Notes: generated by a model not told the origin, from the sequence alone. Shown: positions 30,741-42,095, counted from the stretch's first letter. The stretch is DNA of 64,000 bases from Candidatus Norongarragalinales archaeon (GCA_038884755.1 JAWABJ010000001.1:650188-714187), one strand, 5' to 3'. Numbers and translations are program-made.

Positions 30741-30836
30741 GATTAATCCGAAATCTTCCTCTGCTTTTAAATCTTGAGAGAGTGGCTTTCCAGTGCTTCC
30801 AGTGAATTGCCTATGATTGTGCGTTCTAAAAGAGGT
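30097..30836 (-). mobile_element. 740-nt BHB intron in 23S (~E. coli 2597) encoding a LAGLIDADG endonuclease
   Basis: Helix GTCG/CGAC with 3-nt bulges, long terminal stem; removal restores AACGTCGCG|AGACAGTTCGG. Confidence 0.9.
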
Positions 30837-30956
30837 CGCGACGTTCTGAACCCAACTAACGTAGGTCTTTAATGGATGAACAACCCAACCCTTGGTGGCT
30901 CCTGCACCACCAGGATGACCTGAGCCGATAGCGATGTACCAAACCGCGGTGTCGAT

Positions 30957-31158
30957 TTGTCCTTTGCAGAACAATCTTTCCCGCCCCCTACGCGTTGAGC
31001 GTCAGAGTTCAAACCGGTCACTAACATCTTTTGCGAGAGATTACCTAAACCTAACCAGCATGGATGCCAGTGTCGGTTTAAACGAAGACTGATCGCTCAA
31101 AACACGGGGTTGAAAAAGAAAGTTCCATTCGCCTTTCAAATGAAAGAAAGGGGAAAAA
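30957..31158 (-). other. 202-nt ORF-less BHB intron in 23S helix 89 (~E. coli 2477)
   Basis: Helix GTTC/GGAC with 3-nt bulges; removal restores GAGAGTTCAT|ATCGAC. Confidence 0.85.
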
Positions 31159-31274
31159 ATGAACTCTCAACCGCGACGAGCCTGTTACCCCCGGGGTAGC
31201 TTGTCTGTCAGAATGAGCCCTCATTAAAAGGGCATCATTGTTCGTTAAGCCCTGCTTTCGCACCTGCGACCCAT

Positions 31275-31321
31275 AAAACAGATTTTTCTTTACTTGATTT
31301 TTCTTTCGTAAAGAAAAATCA
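31275..31321 (-). other. 47-nt BHB intron in 23S (~E. coli 2360 region)
   Basis: Helix AACA/TGTT with AAT and TTA bulges. Confidence 0.8.
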
Positions 31322-31749
31322 TTTGTTAAGATCACAGTCAATCCAGCATTTGTCTTTGACCCTCTACAACGCATTTCTAACGCGTCTGAGCTGAATATTG
31401 GGCGCCTTTGTTATCTTTTCGAAGGCGTGCCGCCCCAGCCAAACCACCCACCTGCAGCTGTCTTTCTTTCGAAATGAGCAATGCAGTCGAAAAATAGCAG
31501 TGTCACACTTTCGCCTATCGCACTCCCGGAAGAGTGCGCTTGACGGCTCCTGCTTACGCTTTGATTCTCCAACCGAATTACAACAACAGGCTGTGGTTAA
31601 GCTCCACGGGGTCTTCGTTTCCCTTTAGGATTCCTCGGCATGTTCACCGAGAAGTAGGTTCACCAGGTCCAAGGTAGGGACAGCAAGACAGTCGTTACGC
31701 CATTCATGCAAGCCGCCAATTAAGCGGCGAGGTACTACGCTACCTTAAG

Positions 31750-32474
31750 CAACTTTTCGTATGCATTTTGCACTGAAAAGCTGGACTATATCTTCACCGT
31801 CTTAGGGTGTTCGGCGTATAGTCTCTGAGGATCCTGTCTTTGCGTCCAACTCTTGCATTATTTCATCCAAAGTGCTCTTGCGTTGTTTTCCTTCCAAATT
31901 CATTCGGAAGGCCAAGCGCACGAGTTTTTTGAACGAGTCAAGGTCGGAATGCTCTTTTCTTTCTAACGCTTCAACAATTTCCTTGAACAGAAGAAAGTCT
32001 TTCTCTTTCGAGACAAGCGGATACTTGTCGAAAAAAGGAATTACTTTCTCCGCCAACTGCCTTCGGTTGTCTACAACGAACTGCATTAATTCCGGTTGAC
32101 CGTGTTTTTCCACGACCCTTCCGCAAGAAAGCCTGCTTCGGAATAAATCCAAAACCGCTTGTCCTTGCTTGTGTTGGGTTACGTGAAAAACCGGGTCTAA
32201 AACCAACCCGAATTTTGCAGTGTCTTCTTGTTTTAAAGACACGTTGAAACAACCTTCAGCGTCGGCGAATCCGCTCAAGAAAAAATCGGCGTTTCTTCCT
32301 TTCGTGAGTTTACTCAACCCAGCCATAGGCAACCACCTTTTTGGTTCTTTTAAAATTACAGTTTCCTGCTGATAGCATTCAACGTTTCAAGCTCTTTTCC
32401 TTACTCAGGGTCTTGAAACTCCCGCGTTCCAGCATACAGCCGAATTTAGCGACTCCCTTTAACTTGATTGCTCA
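31750..32474 (-). mobile_element. Group I intron at 23S position 1923 carrying a LAGLIDADG ORF
   Basis: P1 exon GACTCT pairs with GGAGTC (U.G at splice site); core elements TGCTGGAA, ATCAGCAGG, TCAGAGACTA, AAGATATAGTCC; terminal G before CTTAAGGTAG. Confidence 0.92.
31802..32332 (-). CDS. Single-motif LAGLIDADG homing endonuclease
   Basis: FLSGFADAEGCFNVS...F.VTQ...VIPFFDKYPL; C-terminal SSETIR overlaps the intron core. Confidence 0.92.
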   Translation of the reverse strand: MPMAGLSKLTKGRNADFFLSGFADAEGCFNVSLKQEDTAKFGLVLDPVFHVTQHKQGQAVLDLFRSRLSCGRVVEKHGQPELMQFVVDNRRQLAEKVIPFFDKYPLVSKEKDFLLFKEIVEALERKEHSDLDSFKKLVRLAFRMNLEGKQRKSTLDEIMQELDAKTGSSETIRRTP

Positions 32475-32766
32475 AGAGTCAGAGTTACTCCCGCTCTTTG
32501 CCAGTCCTTTGCTCCCTTGAAAAGGAGTTTGAGATACTGGTAGTGAGCAGGCGTCAACCATCGTACTCAACCTTTCGGTTTTGCGATGATTTGTGTTTTT
32601 GATAAACAGTCGCTGTCTCCTTGCCACTGCGACCTACAAACCCCCAATCGACAAAGTCTATGGAAGAATGTAGGCAGCCCTTCTTCCGAAGTTACGGGCC
32701 TAGATTGCCGAATTCCCTTACCATGGTTCTCCTGCCACGCCTTGGCTTGCTCTGCCAGGACCACCT

Positions 32767-32830
32767 TTCAGTAAAAAATTTCTTTGGGTTTTCTTTACTG
32801 AATTTTTCTTTTCCCAAAAGAAAAATTCTT
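32767..32830 (-). other. 64-nt BHB intron in 23S (~E. coli 1617)
   Basis: Helix CAGT/ACTG with 3-nt bulges; removal restores GAACCAGTAC|AGGTGG. Confidence 0.85.
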
Positions 32831-34690
32831 GTACTGGTTCTGGGTACGGACACTCGAGATCACTCCCGCTCCATTTTCACGGACTCTAGGATTCAGCCCA
32901 ACCCCCTTGCGGAGGCCATTCCCAGCTTCAACGAGTGCTCCTCATTACGAGACTTCCCCGTTGTATTCAAGTTAACAACGATGCGCGTTGTGGGCCTATC
33001 CCTAAGCGTTTGGATGCGGGCTTGCGTTGCCGCACTTACTCAAGTGGTACGCGAATGTTAACGCGTTTCCCTTTCGACATCACTGTCGTTTAGTCTTAGG
33101 ACCGACTTACTCTTGGTCGACTAACGTTGCCAAGAAACCCTTAGTCCTTTCGGCGTCCAGGATTCACACCTGGAATAGTTGCTACTAGCACCAAGATCTT
33201 CATTGCAATCCGCTCCACAAGACCTCACGGCCTTGCTTCTGCGCGAACTGCACGCCCCTCTACTAAATCACGCTCAACAAAGCGTGTTCTGAAGTATCGG
33301 CGAACTGCTTAGTCCCGAGAGTTTACAACGCTCCAGTCCTTGATGGGTCCGCTGTTACGCGTTGTTTAAAGGATGGCAGCTTCTGTTCCTACCTCCCCAC
33401 TGTCTGAGAACCGAAACGTCTTGAAGAACACTCAGCAGTTTCTTAGGGGCCTTAACTCCAGTAAGCGTCTTTACGCCCTCGCCGCACGCGCTTAACTCAT
33501 GCGGCCAACTCCTGTCTTCTACAACGTCGTTAGCTTCGGAGTTTGATAGCAAAGTGAGGGCTTTCGCCCCCGTGCTTCGCAATCGGTAGCTCTACCTAAC
33601 GACAATCTCCAACAGGGCTGAACTGCGGTTCACTTCGAAGGGAACCCGCTATCGCCAAGCTCGAATGCACTTTCATCCCTAAACGCGAGTCACCCAAGAG
33701 GCTAGACCATCACTGGTTTCGGGCTTCCACCACCCTGAAGGGCGGCTTCACCCTGCTCACGCTTAGATCGCTTTGGCTTCGGGTCTCACGAGAGTGACTT
33801 GACGCCGGTTAAGACGTTCTCCCTCGCACCTTGCGGTGTTGCGGAGTTTTCGCTTTCGCTATGCACAATGCTTGCCACTCTCGTGAACTCCTTGGCTCTT
33901 GCTTCAAGAAGTACGACACGACCCCGTGCCCTCTTCGGGCCTTTCGGGCCGAGTCTTCATGTCGCCTTACAATTTCAGGCACTTTTAACGCCGCTTTCGC
34001 GGTGCTTTTCAGTTTTCCCTCACGGTACTGAATTCGCTATCGGTCTTGAGTTGTATTTTAGGGTTGCAAGTTAATACTCGCGTTTTCACACAGCCAATCC
34101 AGGCTATGCTACTCTGGAATTCCTCCCATCCCCTTTCGGTTCGCTTACACGGCTTTCACGTTCTAAAGCGGCATTTTCCAATGCCCTTCAGCTCTCGATC
34201 GGGGATTAAAAGAAGGAACCCAAACTCCACATTTCTACTCTCTTTGCAGAGAGGATTCGGTTTGCCCTGATGCGCTTTCGTTCGCACTAATCACGCAATC
34301 CCTATTGGTTTCTCTTCCTCCGCTTACTAAGATATTTCAATTCAGCGGGTGTGCGCTCTTTCCAGAGCATTCGGGAACCTTGGGTTCAAAGCCTGCATGC
34401 GGCTACCCCAAGCTTTTCGCAGCTTGCCACGCCCTTCGTCGCCACTCAAGCCAAACCATCCACTGTAAGGCTTTGCAACAACTACTCCTCGATAAACCTG
34501 CACAGCTTCATGAAAATATGCACTCTTGCGAGTGCATTAAATCAGCACTTCGAATTCAAACGCCCGTGCAAGGGGTCTTGCTTTGAATTCTGTTTTCTTC
34601 GCCCGCAAACCGTTTTGAGGCGGTCAGCGGACACACGCATTTTCCTGTGATTTCCGCGCTCCGGTTTTTTCCGGCGGTTTTTCTTTTTTT

Positions 34691-34745
34691 GCTTTTCTTT
34701 CTTTACTTAATTTTTTCTTTCTTTCGCAAAAAGAAAGAAAGGTTA
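34691..34745 (-). repeat. Free-standing Y-R-R mirror (triplex-type) element just 3' of tRNA-Ala
   Basis: CCTTTCTTTCTTTTT-GCG-AAAGAAAGAAAAAA-TTAAGT-AAAGAAAGAAAAGC. Confidence 0.75.
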
Positions 34746-34746
34746 G

Positions 34747-34818
34747 TGGACTCGGTGGGATTTGAACCCACGGCCTCCTGCTTGCAAAGCAGGCGCGCTG
34801 CCACTGCGCCACGAGCCC
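34747..34818 (-). tRNA. tRNA-Ala(TGC), intronless, in the 16S-23S spacer
   Basis: GGGCTCGTGGCGCAGTGGCAGCGCGCCTGCTTTGCAAGCAGGAGGCCGTGGGTTCAAATCCCACCGAGTCCA; G3:U70 pair. Confidence 0.96.
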
Positions 34819-34879
34819 ACTCGCAGCGCGCGGCTGTCAATTATTATGACAGGGGAACGAAGAGAGGCGAATGAAATTT

Positions 34880-34922
34880 GCAAAACGCTTTTTTGATCAA
34901 ACTTTTTTCGAAAAAAAGTTTG
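34880..34922 (-). repeat. Y-R-R mirror element in the 16S-tRNA-Ala spacer
   Basis: CAAACTTTTTTT-CG-AAAAAAGTTTG-ATC-AAAAAAGCG. Confidence 0.65.
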
Positions 34923-35039
34923 TCCATTGCAGAGTTAGACTTAAAGGATAGCTTCTATCCTCCGTTTTACTTTGCCCAAATTAGTTCCCGGAACAAATGG
35001 AGGTGATCTAACCGCAGGTTCCCCTACGGTTACCTTGTT

Positions 35040-35255
35040 CATGTAGTTCCACATGTCGCCATGCGGCATGGACTATATCATCATCTCAATTTCTTGAGCG
35101 TCTGCGTGTAGTCTCTGAGGGGTCAATCATTTTCATGACGACTTCCCTGCTGATAGACCCCACCTGAACCGTTGCCGGTTCAGGATACACGGGTTGTTCC
35201 AGCATACAGCAGATTTTGTCTGCATCCTCGCGGATGCAGGTCGCAACATAAGTTT
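35040..35255 (-). mobile_element. 216-nt ORF-less group I intron at 16S position 1506
   Basis: P1 GTCGT/GCGAC; TGCTGGAA, ATCAGCAGG, TCAGAGACTAC, GATATAGTCC; terminal G before AACAAGG. Confidence 0.92.
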
Positions 35256-35796
35256 ACGACTTAACCCTCCTCATGAAGATCTAGCTCGAATGCGACCGAA
35301 GTCGCAGCCTCACTAAAACCTCACTTGGATGGCTTGACGGGCGGTGTGTGCAAGGAGCGGGGACATATTCACCGCGCGATGATGACACGCGATTACTAGG
35401 GATTCCAACTTCATGGGGGCGAGTTTCAGCCCCCAATCTGTACTGGAGTAGGGTTTAGGTGATTGCCTCCGCCTTTCGGCGTCGGAACACATTGTCCCTA
35501 CTATTGTATGCCACGTGTGGCCCAGCAGATTCAGGCCATACGGACCTAGCGTCGCCTTCTCCTTCCTCCCACTTAACGCGGGCAGTCTCCACAGAGTGCC
35601 CTCCGAATTGCTTCGAAGGTAGCAACTGTGGACGAAGATCTCGCTCGTTGCACGACTTAACGTGACACCTCACGGCACGAGCTGGCGCTGGCCATGCAAC
35701 ACTTCTCGGCTTGTTGGCTAAGATCTTTAGTCTGAGCTTCATACTGCCGTCTCTGCTGGTGAGTTTCCCGGCGTTGAGTCCAATTGAACCGCAGCA

Positions 35797-36483
<687 letters not shown>

Positions 36484-36713
36484 TTCCTTTAAGTTTCAAT
36501 CTTGCGATCGTACTCCCCAAGCGGCAGACTAAACGTTTTCACTACGGCACTGCAGCAACGCGAAGTCGCTGCAACGCCAAGTCTGCATCATTTACTGCAC
36601 AGGACTACTCGGGTATCTAATCCGATTCGCTACCCTGGCCTTCGTTCCTCACCGTCAGACGTGTTTTGTCCAAGCGCTTTCGCCACCGATGGTCCTCTAA
36701 GGATTACAGGATT

Positions 36714-36764
36714 GTAAGCACAGTTTTTCTTTACTCAATTTTTCTTTCGTAAAGAAAAATTGTT
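36714..36764 (-). other. 51-nt BHB intron in the 16S 690 loop (~E. coli 694)
   Basis: Helix GAGT/GCTT with 3-nt bulges; removal restores GGAGTAA|AATCCTG. Confidence 0.82.
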
Positions 36765-37819
36765 TTACTCCTCCCCCTAAAGTACCCTTGGACTCCCCCA
36801 CTCTCAAGCTCGGTAGTATTCCCTGCACGCCCATCCGTTGAGCGGATGGATTTCACAGGAAACTTGCCAAGCCGGCTACGGACGCTTTAAGCTCAATATT
36901 CGTGGATACCACTAGTTCTACCTGTGTTACCGCGGCGGCTGGCACAGGATTTACCCAGAACTTATTCCACCGGCTATTCAAGCCGGTTAAAAGCCGACCT
37001 TTCGATCGGCACTCGGACTACCCCCATCACGCTTTCGCGCATTGTGGAATTTTCGCGCCTGCTGCATCCCGTAGGACTCGGGCCCTTGTCTCAGTGCCCG
37101 TCTCGGGGCTCCTACTCCCATAGCCCCTACTGATTATAGGTTTGGTGGGCCGTTACCTCACCAACAGCCTAATCAGCCGCAGTGCCATCTTACAGCAAAC
37201 TTGCTCCAATTCGCTTTTTTTTCAACCGCCAACCGTTCCAGGTACGGCGGCCTATGGCGTGTTACCCGCACTTTCGCGCGGTTATTCGCCTCTGTAAGGT
37301 AGGTTCACTACGTGTTACTGAGCCGTTTGCCGGGATTACAAGTGTAATCCCCAAACTTGCATGGCTTAGTCGTAATCCGATAGCAGTATCCTCCAGCAGG
37401 ATCAACTGGTGTTGTCCTAACACCCGATTCGGGTGTTAGGACGGAGATCGCAAGAACTAACTTATCTTGCGGAATGAGCGTCTTGCATAGAGTTATTTGC
37501 TCTCTTCTTCCCCTGCGTCGAACCCAAATGAGAATCGCTTGCCATCAGAGATGGAAGAACATAATTCTTTGTTTGAGTGCCCATGATCGCTGTAGTAGTA
37601 AAAATAGCAACGCCAGTCATGGATTCACGCAGAGGCGAAAAACGCGATAGCAAGGCGTTTCTACGCTCTCAGATAAAGTCTTCTATGGCTTGCCGGGAAC
37701 TACAGCATTAGAAAAAACACTCTTTCCGAAGAAAGAATGCCTTTATTAAATCGTCGAAAGGAGTTTAAAAAGCTTTTGAATCAACCGCGGGATGTAGCGC
37801 TTTGCAAGCGAAACAAATA

Positions 37820-38170
37820 CTACAATCCGCGAAACACGCCGGCGTATTTTTCCCTGCTTTTGAAAACGATGAATTTTTTTCCGCGAGATTCGAAAAGAAT
37901 GCTTTCGTTTTTCAAACGCGTCGCTTTCCCGATCCCGTCAGACGGGGAGATTAAAACCACGCTTTCGTCCTTGTTCAGCAAACCGTCGAGCAACACCACG
38001 CTTTCGGGGTTTTCCAACTTCGACTTTCGCAAGAGGAAAAACGCCTGCTCGAGGGAACTCGCATTGTCCGAACACAGCCATGCCACGTTTCCGGTGGAAT
38101 TGCAAACCCCCCGGTACGCGTGGAAATGCACCGAAATCTGCCTGGGCTTTACGCTGACGACATGATACAC
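37820..38170 (-). CDS. Hypothetical protein (start uncertain)
   Basis: 3' half of the 214-aa ORF looks coding; no recognisable motif. Confidence 0.35.
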   Translation of the reverse strand: MYHVVSVKPRQISVHFHAYRGVCNSTGNVAWLCSDNASSLEQAFFLLRKSKLENPESVVLLDGLLNKDESVVLISPSDGIGKATRLKNESILFESRGKKFIVFKSREKYAGVFRGL

Positions 38171-38481
38171 ACTAACCACCTTTCCCGGAAATCCGCCCGA
38201 AACGCAAAACCCTTGAAGGGGGCGGTTTTCGGCTAGAAGGTCGAAGACCGCGAACTGCGCTAAAAAAGCAAATTTTCGGTTTGAAGACAAAAACCCAAGC
38301 CTAAAGGGTCGATAATAACAGCACCCGAGGCAAGGGGACTTTCTAACATTTTTAAAGTTTATAAAGTTTATTAAGCATTGGGGGGGAGTTCTTTTCATGC
38401 GCTCGCGCGGCTGCACCGAACGCGCCTCGAAAAAGTTTTTATTCGGCAAAAAGCTTATTCGCAACAGGAGGATTGGGGCTT

Positions 38482-38598
38482 ATGGCAAAAAAACAATTGT
38501 TTTACCAGAACGCGAACACCACGGAAAGGCTGTTGGTTTTGATAGCGCTGTTCATGGCGATAATAGCGACTACGGGCGTAATCGCGCTGGCTTCTTAA
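38482..38598 (+). CDS. 38-aa single-TM small protein
   Basis: MAKKQLFYQNANTTERLLVLIALFMAIIATTGVIALAS*, preceded by GGAGG. Confidence 0.5.
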   Translation: MAKKQLFYQNANTTERLLVLIALFMAIIATTGVIALAS

Positions 38599-38643
38599 GG
38601 GGTTAAAGCCAGGAATTAAAAAAACTCGGCTAGTCTTAAAGTC

Positions 38644-39126
38644 ATGAAGAGCACGAAAAAACACGGAAAGCTCGAAACCGCTACTTTCGCGGCAGGCTGC
38701 TTTTGGGAGCCGCAACTCGTTTTCGACAACACGCCCGGCGTAATAGAAACGCAAGTGGGCTTCACTGGGGGCAATGCGAAAAACCCGTCTTATTTGCTAG
38801 TGTGCACCGGCCTCACGGGGCATAGGGAAGTGGTGCAAGTTAAATTCGACCCGAAAATGATTCCTTACGAAAAGCTTTTGGAAATATTTTGGGAAGTGCA
38901 CGATCCCACGCAGGCGAACGGGCAGGGAGTCAACGCCGGCAGCCAATACCGCGCCGCGGTTTTCTACCACGGTGGAGAACAAAAAAAGCTGGCGGAAAAA
39001 ACAAAAGCGGAATTGGAAAAAAAGGGAATGAAAATCGCTACGCAAATTCTCCCAGCGGGCGAGTTCTACCTGGCCGAGGAATACCACCAGAAGTACTTGC
39101 AAAAACGCGGGCTGAAAACTTGTTAG
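38644..39126 (+). CDS. msrA: Peptide-methionine (S)-S-oxide reductase
   Basis: FAAGCFW, HDPTQ.NGQG, FYLAEEYHQKY. Confidence 0.95.
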   Translation: MKSTKKHGKLETATFAAGCFWEPQLVFDNTPGVIETQVGFTGGNAKNPSYLLVCTGLTGHREVVQVKFDPKMIPYEKLLEIFWEVHDPTQANGQGVNAGSQYRAAVFYHGGEQKKLAEKTKAELEKKGMKIATQILPAGEFYLAEEYHQKYLQKRGLKTC

Positions 39127-39146
39127 TTGAAAAATAGTGGTTTAAA

Positions 39147-39467
39147 ATGCGTTGGAGCATCGCACATTCTGTCAGCGGGATGGAACAGCACGTAGTGAAG
39201 ATAATTAGAAATGAATCGGAAAAAGGGCCAGTCGTAGTGCATGAAATTTCATTCAGGAGGGCTTCACTCAATTGGCCTCCTAAAAGAAGGGAAATGCCGT
39301 GGAGTGAAGCGAAAGAAGACCTTTTGCATAAGGAAACAGTTCATGCAAAAACGCCTGAAGAAGCGGCAGAAAAATTCGTGCAAATACTTAATGAAAATGT
39401 ATTTGGAATCACAAAAGACACTAGCGATTACTACCGTGATTTGCTGAAAGAAATGATTAAAGACTGA
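39147..39467 (+). CDS. Hypothetical protein (lower GC, abuts the tRNA-Leu 3' end)
   Basis: ORF only. Confidence 0.45.
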   Translation: MRWSIAHSVSGMEQHVVKIIRNESEKGPVVVHEISFRRASLNWPPKRREMPWSEAKEDLLHKETVHAKTPEEAAEKFVQILNENVFGITKDTSDYYRDLLKEMIKD

Positions 39468-39468
39468 G

Positions 39469-39553
39469 TGCAGGGGGAGAGATTTGAACTCCCGAACCCC
39501 TAAGGGAGCGGGTCCTAAACCCGCCGCGTTTGACCAAGCTCCGCCACCCCTGC
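39469..39553 (-). tRNA. tRNA-Leu(TAG), intronless
   Basis: GCAGGGGTGGCGGAGCTTGGTCAAACGCGGCGGGTTTAGGACCCGCTCCCTTAGGGGTTCGGGAGTTCAAATCTCTCCCCCTGCA. Confidence 0.95.
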
Positions 39554-39793
39554 GCGAAAATAATCTGTTTGAGAGGGAATTTAATTGCGAAAGGCGGCGT
39601 GCGGGTGAAAAGGCTCAGCCGCGTTTGACAAATCGCCTGAGAATCCAGGTCTTCACCTTGTCCAAAACTGGCTTTTGCTGAACTTGTTTTGAGCTTCGCT
39701 CGGAGTTTCGAAAATTTTTGAGACCTGTGAAACCAGCGCTCTTGGCTTCAAAAGGTTTCTTTCGGGATTTCAAAGGCTCTTGCGTCAAGCGGT

Positions 39794-40534
39794 TCACCCG
39801 TACATGGGGTTTTGCTGCATTTGCTGGTAGTTCTGGTGCATGGCCTGCATTTTCTCTATCGCGTCTTTCATGTTTTGCTCTACCTGCTTTCCTTCGCTCA
39901 CCAGCTGTTTGGTATCCACTTTCAGCCCGGCAAGCTTTGCGACGACATCCAAAAGCCTGGCCGCGCCCAACGGGTCCAACGGCTTGTTGGTTTCCACCAT
40001 CAAGTTCGCGGCGGGAAACTTTTGCGCCGCGCACTCGGCAATCAGCACGCCAGACACGCCTTGCGTCGCGCCTTCCTTAATCAAGTCAATGCCGCTTGCG
40101 CGCAAGGCATTTTGAACTTCGGGAGTGGAGGCTATGCCGTGCACTTTTTCAGACGGCGTTTCCAACGCAATGCCTGCGAGACTGTAGACGGCTTTAGCTT
40201 TTTTCGCTTTCGCGAAATCTATCAGCTCGCGAGCCAGGGGCAGGACTATGTCGGCGGGAATCACGAATTCCGAAAACACCACTATCAGGTTGTCTTGTTC
40301 GCTCGCGTAAATGCGAGCTGGGGAAACGGGCTTGAAGTCGTGGATTGCGGCGATTGGGGGAAAGTGAGAGGAGGAAAGGTAGCCCGCGAGCTTCATGCTC
40401 GGGCGCGAGGCGAGGAAAGACGCGCCTATCGGCCCTATCATTCCTACGCCGGGAAACCCTTCGACGATGACGGGATTTTTCAGCGAAATTTTTTCCATTT
40501 CCCTTATTTCGACAATCATTGAGACACCGCTCAA
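39794..40534 (-). CDS. PAC2-family proteasome assembly chaperone
   Basis: EGFPGVGMIG, P.RIY, DP.GAA, C-terminal MYG (HbYX). Confidence 0.9.
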   Translation of the reverse strand: MSGVSMIVEIREMEKISLKNPVIVEGFPGVGMIGPIGASFLASRPSMKLAGYLSSSHFPPIAAIHDFKPVSPARIYASEQDNLIVVFSEFVIPADIVLPLARELIDFAKAKKAKAVYSLAGIALETPSEKVHGIASTPEVQNALRASGIDLIKEGATQGVSGVLIAECAAQKFPAANLMVETNKPLDPLGAARLLDVVAKLAGLKVDTKQLVSEGKQVEQNMKDAIEKMQAMHQNYQQMQQNPMYG

Positions 40535-40552
40535 GGCATTATCTCGACGGCA

Positions 40553-41263
40553 TTATAATAGTATTGCGCCGCGCACGAGGTTGAACAAAAACAGCGATAA
40601 CGGCGCCATCACGGAAAAATACAACAGGGCTTTCTTGGTTTTTTCTTCCAGGCGGGCGACGAAAACGCTCGAGACAAACGCGAAAACAATCAAATACGCT
40701 TGAGTCGCCAAAAGCACGGTTTCGCGCATTCGCAAGTCGGGCTTCAAGTCCAGCAGTTCGACCGTAAACCCTTCCTGGAGGGAAGAGGAAATGTTGAACA
40801 ACAGCGCCAAAACCATCGGAACCAGCACGCTTCCGCCTATAAGCAGCGTGTATTTCTGGAGAGCCAGCGCGGACGAAGTTTCCCGGACTATTTCCTGGAG
40901 TGAGTAAACGTCTTCCGCGACTTCCTTGAACATTTTCCCGGAGTTGGAAGCCCCCGAGCTGTAGAATTTCAAGACCAAATCACAAGCCCGTTGCAAGAGC
41001 ATGGATGAATTCCGTTTTTTCATCTCATCTAACGCTTGCCTGACTGAGTAGCCGGTGCGGATTCTTTCCAACGCAAGGGCAAACTCTTCGCTCAAGGCGC
41101 CGCAGTCCGACTGCGCTATTGCTTCGAGCATTTTTTCTATGGGAGAGTTGGACGGGAAGGACGCGATTTGGAAAAGAGCCTGCGGCAGCAAGTCATCTAT
41201 CTCCTTCTGCCTCTTTTCCTTCCGGTACTCGTCTGCGAGGCTGCTTAGAAACCACAAACGCAT
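40553..41263 (-). CDS. Type II/IV secretion system F-family (TadC-like) membrane protein
   Basis: IDDLLPQAL, GALSEEF, G.SV.QAL, TM segments. Confidence 0.8.
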   Translation of the reverse strand: MRLWFLSSLADEYRKEKRQKEIDDLLPQALFQIASFPSNSPIEKMLEAIAQSDCGALSEEFALALERIRTGYSVRQALDEMKKRNSSMLLQRACDLVLKFYSSGASNSGKMFKEVAEDVYSLQEIVRETSSALALQKYTLLIGGSVLVPMVLALLFNISSSLQEGFTVELLDLKPDLRMRETVLLATQAYLIVFAFVSSVFVARLEEKTKKALLYFSVMAPLSLFLFNLVRGAILL

Positions 41264-41264
41264 T

Positions 41265-42095
41265 TCACAACACCTTGGGCTTTGCTTCACTCAAGTAAAA
41301 CAAGATTGCGAAATCTGCAAGCGGGAAAACTATCACGAAAAAAACCACTATGTCCGCGGTGGTGAAAGTCAAGGAAAGGAAGGAAGAGCCTATCATCACG
41401 TACGCGGAAAACAGCGCGGGGACTATCGTGCTTGCCGCTATGAACAGCAAGCCGAAAAACGCTTGTTTTGCCGCGAACTCGCGGCTTTTTACTCGCTGTT
41501 GTTGGATCAACTCGTCGGCAAGCTTTTTCATCTCCTCGTCCGCGAAACCGTGCTCGTAGGAAAAGCAAAGCTGCATCACCGCGCGTTTCACTTGAATGCT
41601 GTCGACTCTGTCGGAAAAACGAAGCAAGGCGCTTTGCACCGAATGCCCGCGCTTGAATTCCGCGCAAACGCGCGCCAATTCCTCGCCCAGCGCTCCGAAA
41701 CCGCTGGCTCCGCCTTCAAGCGTTTTTTCAAAGGCGGTTGCCAGGCTCAAGTCCACGGCTGCACCCCGCAAAAACAAGGGCAAGTCCCTTTCGATTTCCG
41801 CAGCACGGCGTTTTTTCAAAAACCAAGGCAGGTAAAGCGATGCTGCAAAGACCGCGGAAAAAACCGGGAGTGAAAACGAAAGGGCTGCAACCGCATCGGA
41901 CAAGGCGAGTGAAAATGCGAGTGAAACCGCGCCAAGCGCCAAAGCGAACGAAAAGCAAAACGAAGAGTACACCCGCGCGTCGAAATCCAATGAAGACTGG
42001 AGCAAATCCTTTTCCAGTTTTTTCAGCGAATGCCCGTCGAGGGGACAGGGGATTAGTGAAAACCCTTCCACAAGCGAGCGAAAGTTCAAAGCCAC
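41265..42095 (-). CDS. Type II/IV secretion system F-family (TadB-like) membrane protein
   Basis: EIERDLPLFL, G.LGEEL, G.SVQSAL..FSDRVDS. Confidence 0.8.
   Translation of the reverse strand: MALNFRSLVEGFSLIPCPLDGHSLKKLEKDLLQSSLDFDARVYSSFCFSFALALGAVSLAFSLALSDAVAALSFSLPVFSAVFAASLYLPWFLKKRRAAEIERDLPLFLRGAAVDLSLATAFEKTLEGGASGFGALGEELARVCAEFKRGHSVQSALLRFSDRVDSIQVKRAVMQLCFSYEHGFADEEMKKLADELIQQQRVKSREFAAKQAFFGLLFIAASTIVPALFSAYVMIGSSFLSLTFTTADIVVFFVIVFPLADFAILFYLSEAKPKVL

Larger units (their letters stand above)
29775..34475 (-). rRNA. rrl: 23S rRNA with six introns (about 2.9 kb after removal); ends approximate
   Basis: Conserved blocks GTAAC...CTTAAGGTAGC, TAACAGGCT, AGACAGTTCGG and sarcin-ricin AGTACGAGAGGAAC. 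Confidence 0.97.

Noticed and set aside
30741..30974. N-terminal extension of the 311-aa LAGLIDADG ORF
   Set aside because: Runs through 23S exon sequence; only the intron-internal part is credible
32630..32676. Possible extra 23S intron in a variable helix
   Set aside because: Normal-length variable stem-loop without a convincing BHB motif
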